Source: an uncultured virus (IMG/VR IMGVR_UViG_3300005683_000014)
Lineage: Duplodnaviria; Heunggongvirae; Uroviricota; Caudoviricetes
DNA: 64,000 nucleotides
Virus record (IMG/VR): IMGVR_UViG_3300005683_000014
Direction: 5' to 3' (one strand)
The translations under genes and the position numbers were made by a program. Of this stretch, positions 35,437 to 44,923 are shown in pieces (position 1 is the stretch's first letter; every line of letters begins with the position of its first letter). The notes beneath the pieces were generated by a model, which was not told where the DNA came from, made no database searches, and saw only the letters and a list, made by a program, of their open reading frames with translations.

Positions 35437-35903
35437 GTTACGAGTGTGTAATCAACGGCCTCTACGATCTCATTTGTCGTAATCCAGACTCAGGAGAGGG
35501 GGGTCTCACTCCTACCTCCAACGATTTCCATCTCCCGTATTTTCAGCGGACTATGCGGGAGGAGTTGCGACGCAAGACCGGTGGAAGTATCGATCGGTGC
35601 GTGCAAATCGAGTACAAGGGAACGCGAGGGGTTAAGCCATTCATCAGCGGTGGTAAGACTCGTCATGTGGACCACGTCATGGTGTGCGTTGGGTTCTTCG
35701 CTGGTGATCATCACGATCAGACACACATTGTGATGCACTCAGATGATAAAATCCTTCAGAACTTCTTGGTACAACCGGACAATTATCCGAGTTGCCAAGG
35801 GGCTTGTGTCGAGAAAATCGACATCGTCAACTCCGACGTCGTGAAGCTCGGACGAGAACAATACATTCTGGAGTTGCTACTCGCGATCCAGACGACTTCG
35901 TAA
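35433..35903 (+). CDS. Putative tail terminator
   Basis: Size and position before tail tube. Confidence 0.5.
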   Translation: MSYECVINGLYDLICRNPDSGEGGLTPTSNDFHLPYFQRTMREELRRKTGGSIDRCVQIEYKGTRGVKPFISGGKTRHVDHVMVCVGFFAGDHHDQTHIVMHSDDKILQNFLVQPDNYPSCQGACVEKIDIVNSDVVKLGREQYILELLLAIQTTS

Positions 35904-35918
35904 GGGGGGAGGTAGACA

Positions 35919-37574
35919 ATGCCTGCTGTCGGTAAGCGCGCCGATTTTTTCTCGCTCAAGTTCATGCCCGAGGCGGCCTACGGCACCGACCCCGGTATCA
36001 CCACGGTTCCCTATGTCGATGGGGCGACTGAGACCTATAAGTTTCAGGCGAACGCTACGCTGGCGCAGTTCGTGCGTCTGGCTGAGAAGCCCTCGGGTAT
36101 GCCGAAGGTCCCGCTCGTCGAGGTCCCTCAGGTATTTACGTCTCACGACTACGATACCTGCAAGGTTCTCGGCATTCGTGGTGACGCTGGCGAGTTCCAG
36201 ATCACTGTCAACATGAATGGCACGACCACGGACTACGGCACGACCGGTAATACCGGGCGTACTCAGCCGCCCACGTGGTTGCGTCTTGCGTCGTCTGCAT
36301 GTGGTACTCTGCTGGGGGATCAGACTGGGGATCCGGGTGGTTCGGCTACTACGGTGGCGTCGGCTACCGATGCTGATACGTTCGTGGCGACTGGTGGAAA
36401 CAATCAGGCCGGGTACGTACTGGCAGTCGATGGCCCTGGTGCTGCCACCTCGTTCGAAATCATCCGCCCGACGTTGGCTTCCACCACGTCTATCGTGGCC
36501 TCGGTCTACGATGGGGTGGCCTGGGGTCTCTCGACTACGCCGGCTGGCTCGGATCCGCTCTACTACTCGTGTCAGAGCGCATACGACAAGCGTCTGGAGG
36601 ACGTCAGCGAGTCCTTCACGATGCTCCTGATGCGTCCGAACAGCTCGGCCTCGGTCAAGATGCTTGGGTGTCGGTGCCGTATGTGGGAGATCACTTCGAA
36701 GGTGGGCGAGATCCCGCAGATGAAGCTGACCTTCACGTATAACGATTTCGCGTACGTGACCAAGACCATCGATGATGAGCCTTCGTACATCGAGGACTAC
36801 ATCCCGTGTGCCAAGGTGTCCTACGGCGCGAGCCTGTGGCTGACCTGGGACAACAACACGGATGGTGTCGTCGATTCGACCGACCGCAAGGTGAACCTCG
36901 ACGTCAGCTCGATGTCCATCAAGTGGGAGGCTGGCTACGTGCGGCGCAAGTCGGTCACGGCGTCTTCGGGTATCTCGGAGATCCTGGCCGCTCAGCCGGG
37001 CAAGTTCGAGATGTCGTTCGAGTGCGTGCATGACCAGAACTGGCAGCGGTACGTCGGGTTGTGCTGCAACGAGGCCTTCGGCAATCTCACGGTGGCGTAC
37101 TGGGAGCCGCAGTCGGGCTACGTGCGCACCAGCAACAGCGCGGTTCGGAAGGGAGCGTGGTACGTCTTCGTGCCCCAGGCGCACTTGATGGAGGATCCGG
37201 GTAGCGAAGGGAATGCGGACGACATCATGACGCAAACGATTCGTCTTGGTGCCAGCGACTGGACCGGCGACGGTTCGGGTGCGTCGACCACGGTCGCTGT
37301 GGCCTCGAACGGTGTCAACATCAGCACTTTCGCTGGTGCCGGTACCCTGAACGTGGCGTCGACTTCGGGCTTCCCGGCTACGGGCTCGATTCTCGTGCAG
37401 ACGGCCTCGGGTGCCTTCATCCTCACGTACACCGGCATCGGTGGCACCACGTTCACGGGTGTGAATGCTAACGGTCAGTCGGGTGTTCTCGCCACTGGTG
37501 GGTTCGTGCAGTCGACGGCGGTTTTCGCGACTTCCGCGCACATTGATACGATCTTCCAGCTTGGCGTGGTCTAA
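35919..37574 (+). CDS. Major tail tube protein with inserted accessory domains
   Basis: EAAYGTDP N-terminus, GCRC...VGEIP.M.LTF; position before chaperone and tape measure. Confidence 0.75.
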   Translation: MPAVGKRADFFSLKFMPEAAYGTDPGITTVPYVDGATETYKFQANATLAQFVRLAEKPSGMPKVPLVEVPQVFTSHDYDTCKVLGIRGDAGEFQITVNMNGTTTDYGTTGNTGRTQPPTWLRLASSACGTLLGDQTGDPGGSATTVASATDADTFVATGGNNQAGYVLAVDGPGAATSFEIIRPTLASTTSIVASVYDGVAWGLSTTPAGSDPLYYSCQSAYDKRLEDVSESFTMLLMRPNSSASVKMLGCRCRMWEITSKVGEIPQMKLTFTYNDFAYVTKTIDDEPSYIEDYIPCAKVSYGASLWLTWDNNTDGVVDSTDRKVNLDVSSMSIKWEAGYVRRKSVTASSGISEILAAQPGKFEMSFECVHDQNWQRYVGLCCNEAFGNLTVAYWEPQSGYVRTSNSAVRKGAWYVFVPQAHLMEDPGSEGNADDIMTQTIRLGASDWTGDGSGASTTVAVASNGVNISTFAGAGTLNVASTSGFPATGSILVQTASGAFILTYTGIGGTTFTGVNANGQSGVLATGGFVQSTAVFATSAHIDTIFQLGVV

Positions 37575-37589
37575 GACTTGAGGTAGAGT

Positions 37590-37626
37590 GACAAAGACCG
37601 GGCACAGTGTCCGGTCTTTGTCATTT
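37590..37626 (+). terminator. Hairpin after tail tube gene
   Basis: GACAAAGACCGG/CCGGTCTTTGTC followed by ATTT. Confidence 0.55.
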
Positions 37627-37638
37627 CTGGAGGCTTGC

Positions 37639-38220
37639 ATGGCACGTAGGGCACGGCCCGGGTTGGGCACTACGGTGAAATTCATTGCGCTCGACGATGA
37701 CGCCATCGGTGGCGATATGTCGACGTTGGGTACTCGGTATGCCGAGTATATCAAGACGGCCAATCATAGGATCCTTGAAATCGATCCGGATAAGGCTCCC
37801 TCGTTCTACTACCTGCGACCGCTCGATACGCAACAGGTGCAGAATCTTCAATCCTGTCTCGCCCAGGCGCGAGTCTTCATGATGCGAAGGCTCGAAGCTG
37901 TGAAAGCCGCGGAGGAGGGGAGTAAGGTTCTTGCTCTCACGGAACAGGAGAAGCACGACGGAAAGGAACTGGACGAGGAATATGCCGAGACTCGTCGTGA
38001 AATCATTTCACAGTGTCTGATCGGGTGTGAGAGCCACAAGGTGGTATCGCATGTCGATGACGATGGTGAGATGCAGTACGAGGAAGTTCGTTGGGAGCGT
38101 GGAACGCCTCGGCCTCATGGGCTGCTTCAGTCAGTGGTGAACGATTCGATCCTGGTGGATAACATGGTCCACTATCTGGTTCGCGTTTCCCAACTGACGG
38201 AGAAGGAAAAAAAGCGATAA
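37639..38220 (+). CDS. Tail assembly chaperone (gpG-like)
   Basis: GGAGG RBS; between tube and tape measure; ends at slippery site. Confidence 0.75.
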   Translation: MARRARPGLGTTVKFIALDDDAIGGDMSTLGTRYAEYIKTANHRILEIDPDKAPSFYYLRPLDTQQVQNLQSCLAQARVFMMRRLEAVKAAEEGSKVLALTEQEKHDGKELDEEYAETRREIISQCLIGCESHKVVSHVDDDGEMQYEEVRWERGTPRPHGLLQSVVNDSILVDNMVHYLVRVSQLTEKEKKR

Positions 38221-38615
38221 CGCTGGCGGTCTGGGAAACCGAGTGGACTTGGTTTGAGAACCTCAAATGCAAGGACTGTGGAGGGGCGGCGGCAACAAAG
38301 GACCCAGGGTTCGATGAGTATGTCCGCAATCGCCTAGGATGTGACCCGTCAGCATGTAAGACCCACTCGCTTCCAGTGGGCGGAAATGAGTTCATTGAGA
38401 TTGAGGGGTGTCCGCGTAAGTATACCATGCAGGCAAATGAATTCCTGCGTGTGTACAACTGGGCCGAGAATGGGAGGCTGAGCTTCCTCTATCCAGCCCA
38501 AGGGATGCCTGCGCGAATTGGCGAGGCTCTCGATCTGATCGAGTATCAGGTCGATCGCAAGAACAAGGCAGCGCTTGATAAGGCCAAGCGAAAGCGAAAA
38601 GACAAGGGGGACTAA
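38208..38615 (+). CDS. -1 frameshift extension of tail chaperone (gpGT-like)
   Basis: A AAA AAG at 38208-38214; -1 frame open to TAA 38615. Confidence 0.8.
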   Translation, partial: KKAITLAVWETEWTWFENLKCKDCGGAAATKDPGFDEYVRNRLGCDPSACKTHSLPVGGNEFIEIEGCPRKYTMQANEFLRVYNWAENGRLSFLYPAQGMPARIGEALDLIEYQVDRKNKAALDKAKRKRKDKGD

Positions 38616-41600
38616 TGAGCCGCATTGCTAACGCGAAGCTCGTTCTCGATATCGAGGATGACAAGCTCGATCCTCACATTCAGCGCGTGAAGGAAGCCAA
38701 GGCCTCGTGGGAGGCTCTTGGCTCCACCTTCCAGGAGATCATGGGCGGCGACATGAATGCGCTCAAGGGTCTCATGGCGGCGTTTTCTACGGAGCTGAGC
38801 AAGGTCGCTTCGGCTACGGGCAAGATGAAGTTGGAACCCATGGCGGCGGCTGTGGGTGTCCTCGATTCTGTGCTCGGCGGGCTCAACCCGAAGCTCTCGG
38901 CCTTCGTCAACGAGTTGAATAACGCGGCTCCCATTGTCGAGCGTATTACCAAGGCAACGGGGACTTGGTCTAAGTCGCTGCAAACCGTCTCGTCGGTCAT
39001 TGCTCGGCTGGAGGAGAGGCTGGAGTCCCTTACCACGGCCCAGATGAAGGGAGACAAGCACCTCGACGATTTTGCCACTAGGCTCATCGCTACTAATGAG
39101 GCGTTGAAGACGCAGGGTCAGGAAATTCTGAAGGTTCTTCAGCAGTACGCGGGCTTCAATAAAGCTGTTGATGATGCAGCCAAGAAGCAGGCAGCCGCAG
39201 CTAAGTCTTCCCGCTCTTGGTGGGAGGGGTTGCGTGATATCGAGCGGGCGTTCATTCGCCACTCGACCGTTATCTTCATTCTTCAGAATCAGGTCGAGTC
39301 CCTGCTTGACGCATTCACGGCGGCGGCCACCCAGGCGGATCTGGGTATGGTTCTCGGTCGCTCGCTGCCTCACTTCAATGAATTGATGGAGGAGACGCGC
39401 GCAGCTACTCGTGGCATGGTCTCGGACTTGAAGATGATGCAGTCGGCGGCTCTGATGTCGTCGTTCGGTCTTCCCATCGAGAAGTTCGCCAAGAACATGG
39501 AGCTGGTGCAGAAACTCGCAATTCGCACGGGGCAGTCGACTGACTATCTCATGGACTCGTTCGGTCGAGGTATCGCTCGTCTCAGCCCTGCGATCCTCGA
39601 CAACCTGGGTTTGCAAATCAAGCTCAAGGACGCGTACGAGGCCTACGCGGCTGGTGTGGGTAAGGCCACGGAAGCCTTGTCTGCTCAGGAGAAGAAGGCC
39701 GCTGTCATGAACGAGGTGCTTCGTCAAGCCACTGAGTTGACGTCGGAGGTTGATCCGGCAGCCTCTATGGCTGGGCGAATCGAGCAAGCACGTGCTCGAA
39801 TCACCAACGTGTTCAACGACATTAAGGAAGGGATTCTCGACTTCTTCGTCAACATCACGGCCTCTAAGGAGGAGAAGGTCGGTATGTTGTCGGGCGAGTT
39901 GGCCCTGCTCGCCAAGAACTTGCGTGAGGTAGGACACGCTACTGCCGATTCGATTGACGAGGTCGCAGATAAGTTGTCCAACACGACCTTGCACGATATG
40001 TGGCGCATGTTCTCCGGTGAGACCTTGCCGGATGCCAAGCGAACGGCTTTCATGAAGGAGTTCGAGAGGGCTACGCGGTCCATTACGGATTTCTCTCAGA
40101 AGGGAGATTCCGACGCGAAGTATCGCACCTTCACGATCAAGGATGTTGAACTTGTTCAGAAGATGGCTGAGAAGATGGAGTTGATTCTACATCTTGCTCC
40201 CCAGGCTGCGGACAAGGTCAAAGAGTTGGCGATGAATGTGCAGAACTTCGTTCCTGAAGACCGAATGCGAGACCTGTCGGCTGCGCAGCGAGCGTACAAT
40301 GAGGATCCATTCGATGAGGATGCACAGGAAGAGCTGAAGAATGCCAAGGCGTGGGTCGATTACTACACGGCTGAGATACCGCGCTCACAGGCTGCGTACA
40401 AGAAGGCTTCCGACGAATTCATTGCGCTCGCAGATACGTGGCAGCAACTGATTGCTCTGGGCAAGGATTTGCCGAAGGTGGCTCAGAGTTTGTTCCCCGA
40501 TGACAAGGCAGGACAAGCAGCGTACACGCAGAACATGATGGATGCGATCGATACAGCGCAGAAGGAAATTCGCAGTAAGGCAAATTCAGGCGTCCTGGAT
40601 GGTATCGCTGACTACTTCGCTGCCTGGAAGGCACGCGTTGAGCCGCAGATTATCGCCTCGACCAAGCTCATGGCCGAGAAGAGCGCCGCCGCGAATAAGG
40701 CGCAGTTGCAGCGACTGGCCAATCTCGACTACGAGGTCGAATTGGTGCAGATGCTCGCGGGGAATGCCAAGGGACTGACGGATAACGAAGTTCTTCTCTC
40801 TCTCCAGAAGAAGGAGGTGAACAAGCTTCAGTCTGAGTACAATCAGATGCACGAGAAGCTCATCATCCTGAATGCGGAGGAGGGGAAGTATACTGTCGAC
40901 GAGTTGGCGGCCAAGAAGGACATGTTGGACAAGGAGTATCGGCGGCTTGCGGTAATGGAGGCTCAAGTCGAGTTCGAGAAGGAATTCGCTAAGGCTCTGA
41001 ATGACACGTCTGTCCTCAGCAAGGATCTTCGGCAGTCGGAAGCAGAAAGGCTGGCCAACAACAAGACGCGAAACGAGTTGGAGGCCGAGTACCTGAATCT
41101 TCGTATTTCTTTGGCGATTGCCACGGACGAGTTGTCGGTCGCGGCGGCGCACTATTACGAGATTCTTGCTATGGGTACGGCTCTTGAAGCCGATCTCGCC
41201 AACGAGGAGTTGGAAGAGGCTCAGCGTAAGCTCGATGCCATCAAGGCCGACATTATCGAGAATCGCAATCGTTTGGCTGCTATGCGCAAGCCTTCGGGCG
41301 GGGGCGGGGGTCGAGGAAAGGGAGAGAAGGAGCACGGATCAGAGAGTGTAACCGAGGACTTCAATCAGTTTCTGTCTGACGTGACGGTGGGTGGATCACT
41401 GGCGCTGCGGGAGATCGAGCGTCGTGTGAAGTTTACCTTCGACAAAATCACGGGGCAGTTGATTGGTAAGGAAGAGTTGTTCAATCGTGGCACTCTTGAT
41501 CTACTCACTCCCAATCTTATGTCTCCCGGTATCGGCAAGGATGTGGAAGGCGCGTTCAAGCACAACGAGGAAATTCTTGAGCAACTCGATGAGTTTCAAG

Positions 41601-42217
41601 CGAAGGGTGGTAAGGTCTCGGACGAGACTGCTGCCTGGGCCGATAATGTGCGCAACGTCAACAATGAATTGAGGGAGCATCTCAATTTGATGCTGGCGAT
41701 CGGGGAAGCTGCGGTTGACGCCGCGGTCGGGATCAAGAACGCCTTCGCTGGTGGAGATGAACTGATTGGTGAGGATTGGCTGAATGCACTCGACGGGCTT
41801 CAGCAGGGCTTCACGGGTGTTGCCGATGCGGCGGCCGCTAACGCGGATGCTTACGGTCTTGTCACTGCGGCGCTCCCGGCACTCCGAGGCTTCACCAAGG
41901 AATTTATAAAGGATCTGAGGCTTCGGGCGTTCTTCGAGATGATGATGAACACCGCGGCGGCCTGGGCTGCTTACCCGAACGTTCCCAAGATGGTGGCACA
42001 TGGCACGGCCGCCCTTCTCTATGGGGCCATCGCCGGTGGCGTAGTCAAATTGCCGTCTAAGGCAACCAAGGAGACGGACAAGGACGACGACAAGAAGAAC
42101 AAGAACATGTCACCGATCAACGTCTATCTCTATGGGGAGATGATCATGTCGGAGGGGCAGATGGGTGTGATGGTGGAACAGGGAGTGCAGCAGGCACGGG
42201 CCGAGGGGAGGTTGTAA
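38615..42217 (+). CDS. Tape measure protein
   Basis: 1200-aa helical, Ala-rich; ATRGMVSD..MM, ILDNLGL. Confidence 0.88.
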   Translation: MSRIANAKLVLDIEDDKLDPHIQRVKEAKASWEALGSTFQEIMGGDMNALKGLMAAFSTELSKVASATGKMKLEPMAAAVGVLDSVLGGLNPKLSAFVNELNNAAPIVERITKATGTWSKSLQTVSSVIARLEERLESLTTAQMKGDKHLDDFATRLIATNEALKTQGQEILKVLQQYAGFNKAVDDAAKKQAAAAKSSRSWWEGLRDIERAFIRHSTVIFILQNQVESLLDAFTAAATQADLGMVLGRSLPHFNELMEETRAATRGMVSDLKMMQSAALMSSFGLPIEKFAKNMELVQKLAIRTGQSTDYLMDSFGRGIARLSPAILDNLGLQIKLKDAYEAYAAGVGKATEALSAQEKKAAVMNEVLRQATELTSEVDPAASMAGRIEQARARITNVFNDIKEGILDFFVNITASKEEKVGMLSGELALLAKNLREVGHATADSIDEVADKLSNTTLHDMWRMFSGETLPDAKRTAFMKEFERATRSITDFSQKGDSDAKYRTFTIKDVELVQKMAEKMELILHLAPQAADKVKELAMNVQNFVPEDRMRDLSAAQRAYNEDPFDEDAQEELKNAKAWVDYYTAEIPRSQAAYKKASDEFIALADTWQQLIALGKDLPKVAQSLFPDDKAGQAAYTQNMMDAIDTAQKEIRSKANSGVLDGIADYFAAWKARVEPQIIASTKLMAEKSAAANKAQLQRLANLDYEVELVQMLAGNAKGLTDNEVLLSLQKKEVNKLQSEYNQMHEKLIILNAEEGKYTVDELAAKKDMLDKEYRRLAVMEAQVEFEKEFAKALNDTSVLSKDLRQSEAERLANNKTRNELEAEYLNLRISLAIATDELSVAAAHYYEILAMGTALEADLANEELEEAQRKLDAIKADIIENRNRLAAMRKPSGGGGGRGKGEKEHGSESVTEDFNQFLSDVTVGGSLALREIERRVKFTFDKITGQLIGKEELFNRGTLDLLTPNLMSPGIGKDVEGAFKHNEEILEQLDEFQAKGGKVSDETAAWADNVRNVNNELREHLNLMLAIGEAAVDAAVGIKNAFAGGDELIGEDWLNALDGLQQGFTGVADAAAANADAYGLVTAALPALRGFTKEFIKDLRLRAFFEMMMNTAAAWAAYPNVPKMVAHGTAALLYGAIAGGVVKLPSKATKETDKDDDKKNKNMSPINVYLYGEMIMSEGQMGVMVEQGVQQARAEGRL

Positions 42218-43104
42218 TGATTCCTCCTCTCTGGTCCTCACTGTTCATGGGAGATGTGCTGGCGACCACCGACGTTTCCCTGAACGTGTTCGATTCGGCA
42301 CTTAACATGGACACTATATCTATCGAGAAGGGGTCGTGGTGGGCCAATCCTATGGTGTTCTGGTTATGGTTCCAGATGCAGTTTACCAACTGTGTCACAC
42401 AGCCAATCAGCCTCGTTTCCGATACCGATCCCGATGCACTCGCTATTGCGTTTGCAGATGACACGCAATCGTTTGAGTTTGAGTTGGCATCGGGGGATGC
42501 TACCTGGATGAGCGAGGTTGGTTTGTCGGCCGAGGATCTCCCTCTTTCCCAATCCTCAATGTACTTGGAATCCAGGTTCAAGGCGTGTGCATGGCTCACG
42601 ACCTTCCCGGTCAAGTCCTATTTGCGGGGGGAAACCGCTCTCGACGGTACGAGCAATCGCTCGCACTCGGGCAAGAGCTACTCGACACAGGGGAAGACGC
42701 AGGAGATTCGTAAGCTAGCACTTCAATTTGATCGACGCTACTTCGAAGGGGTCTCGCCTCGGATGAGCTATTTTGAGTTCGAGAAGTGGCGTGCTCTTTG
42801 GCGGAAGCGCTGGAACCAGGGTCGCTCGGTGTCGTTTTGGTTGGAGTTGCCTGAATTTATCGCGACCGGGAGTCATCTGCATCCCCTTCAGGCTCCCGTG
42901 GGGTTGCAGTGGGGGTCGGGTTCCGGTAAACTGGGTAAGTTCGATCAATTAATCACCGTGCCTGATAATCGGGTGTGGCGCCCCAAGCGGTTGATCGAGT
43001 CTAGTGAGTTCTTGGATGGAGAGGATACCGAAACTACTTTCCATCTGAAGCCCAAGAGAACCGCCTCCGACCCAGGCAAGATGGAACTGTACTGGATTCC
43101 GTAA
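42217..43104 (+). CDS. Distal tail/minor tail protein
   Basis: Follows tape measure. Confidence 0.55.
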   Translation: MIPPLWSSLFMGDVLATTDVSLNVFDSALNMDTISIEKGSWWANPMVFWLWFQMQFTNCVTQPISLVSDTDPDALAIAFADDTQSFEFELASGDATWMSEVGLSAEDLPLSQSSMYLESRFKACAWLTTFPVKSYLRGETALDGTSNRSHSGKSYSTQGKTQEIRKLALQFDRRYFEGVSPRMSYFEFEKWRALWRKRWNQGRSVSFWLELPEFIATGSHLHPLQAPVGLQWGSGSGKLGKFDQLITVPDNRVWRPKRLIESSEFLDGEDTETTFHLKPKRTASDPGKMELYWIP

Positions 43105-43114
43105 GGAGAGATAG

Positions 43115-44470
43115 ATGGCTCAGCTTCTGGTTCCCTCGCAGTACAGCACGATCCAGGCCGCGATTACGGCGTGTGCGTCTGGAGATGAAATCGTTGTATC
43201 GGCTGGTACGTACAATGAGGTGCTCACCTTCACCAGCAAGAACAATGTGTTGGTGCGTGCCGTTGTTGGCGATACGGTGACGGTCACCGGCACTGGAACG
43301 ATTGTGCCATTTCCGTCCACGTGTCATCGGATTACGTTCTTGGGAATCACGTTCGTTCGCACCGGTACGAGTGCTCTGGGACTGGTTACAGCAGCGTCTA
43401 CCGCTGTGCGCGGGTGCAAGTTCATAGACTGCATCTTCGACTTCAGCGGGATGGGGGCGATGGTATCAACTACGGTACCCCTTATCGCGCTCTACCCAGG
43501 TGATGCAAACTCCCCCTCGATTCTGCGTCGTTGCAGGTTCGTGGGTAATGGCGCGACCACCATCTTTGCGAGGATGGCGGAGTGGGCCACAGCCTCCGTC
43601 ACGAATCAGACCATCCTCGTGGAGTGCAACACGTTCTACAACGTGCAGACGGCCAACATCTCTACGGCCTATATGCTGTACCTGAATGGAAATGCCTCTA
43701 CTGGTGGCCGGTACGTTGCGCGGAACAACAGTTTCCATTCCTGCAAGTGCTTCAAGACGATCATTCGTGTGGTGGGTAATACGGCAGCGGCGGCCTGTTA
43801 TAACAACGTGACTCAGAATCAGTCGTTTTGGTCGCCTGCTTCCGCTAACTTCATCTTCATCTGTCCCTCGGGGGCTCCGACGTTTTGTGGGTACAACACC
43901 GCGCATAACTCGGATGGTGTGAGCACCACAGTAGCCAGTCCTGATAGTGGCAACAACGATTACAACAATCCTGTGTTCGCTGACACGGACTGTAAGCAGA
44001 CCGTACTGAACGGTACGGTGTACAGTACCCCCTTGTATCGAACCGGGGTGGCACTTTCGGGTGGTGGCGAGCGTCGCGTGATGTTGGGCAGGAATCGAAT
44101 TCCTTTCGCAGCTACCCCCTCGCGGGGAGCGCACGAGGCATATGCCACCGGACGAGGTGTCCTGCATTTGAAGTACAAGTACGTCAACGTCATGAATGGA
44201 ATGGTCTTCAACATGACCGGACAGGCGGCTCCTACACTCCCTAGCACGAACAGGGCCTTTACTACGCCCATGGAAATTGCTGAGTACGTGGAGACATCGA
44301 TTCGTCCAACGAAGGGCCTGGAGTATGGCCCGATCGAGTTCTGGTACGATTTCGAGAATTATCGATACCGGGTGTCCTGTTATCAGAGCACGTTCGAGTT
44401 GAGTTGCTCCGGCAATGCTGCTATAATTTTCGGCTCGCAGTCACTTACTGCGCAGACCGACACGGGGTGA
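43115..44470 (+). CDS. Pectin-lyase-fold beta-helix protein (tail spike/depolymerase candidate)
   Basis: VPSQYSTIQAAI...GDEIVVSAGTYNE; repeated N/C-x-F ladders. Confidence 0.75.
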   Translation: MAQLLVPSQYSTIQAAITACASGDEIVVSAGTYNEVLTFTSKNNVLVRAVVGDTVTVTGTGTIVPFPSTCHRITFLGITFVRTGTSALGLVTAASTAVRGCKFIDCIFDFSGMGAMVSTTVPLIALYPGDANSPSILRRCRFVGNGATTIFARMAEWATASVTNQTILVECNTFYNVQTANISTAYMLYLNGNASTGGRYVARNNSFHSCKCFKTIIRVVGNTAAAACYNNVTQNQSFWSPASANFIFICPSGAPTFCGYNTAHNSDGVSTTVASPDSGNNDYNNPVFADTDCKQTVLNGTVYSTPLYRTGVALSGGGERRVMLGRNRIPFAATPSRGAHEAYATGRGVLHLKYKYVNVMNGMVFNMTGQAAPTLPSTNRAFTTPMEIAEYVETSIRPTKGLEYGPIEFWYDFENYRYRVSCYQSTFELSCSGNAAIIFGSQSLTAQTDTG

Positions 44471-44473
44471 ATC

Positions 44474-44923
44474 ATGGCGCTCTCGTCCGATCCAAACACC
44501 ATTGTGCTGACATACGCGCTTCACGAGGAGCCGATAGGAGAAGAGGCCTCGTTCGTAGTCGAGCGCACGGAAAACGGAGAAGTTGTCGGAGAGGTTCTTC
44601 CGGATAACAATCACAACAACGTTTTCCGGTTCCAGGGTCTCTCGGCTAAGGAGAGTTACAACCCGGCCCTGACGGAACAGGACACTCGTCGTGTACTAAA
44701 CAAGTTCTACGCCGGAGGAGAGTTGCGGGTGTATCGCAATTTCCCCGCAGACATCGACGCGTTCGGTTACCCACGTAGTTACATGAATGTTGAGGGGGAC
44801 ACGAACAACACGGACGGGTATTCGGACATCGTGGCTGTGGAGATTCGGGACCTCGACTACGCGTGGTTCGATAATGTGCTTCAGCGCTTCGAGTTCAGCA
44901 TTGAAGGAGTAGCGGTCAGATGA
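44474..44923 (+). CDS. Minor tail protein
   Basis: Synteny. Confidence 0.5.
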   Translation: MALSSDPNTIVLTYALHEEPIGEEASFVVERTENGEVVGEVLPDNNHNNVFRFQGLSAKESYNPALTEQDTRRVLNKFYAGGELRVYRNFPADIDAFGYPRSYMNVEGDTNNTDGYSDIVAVEIRDLDYAWFDNVLQRFEFSIEGVAVR

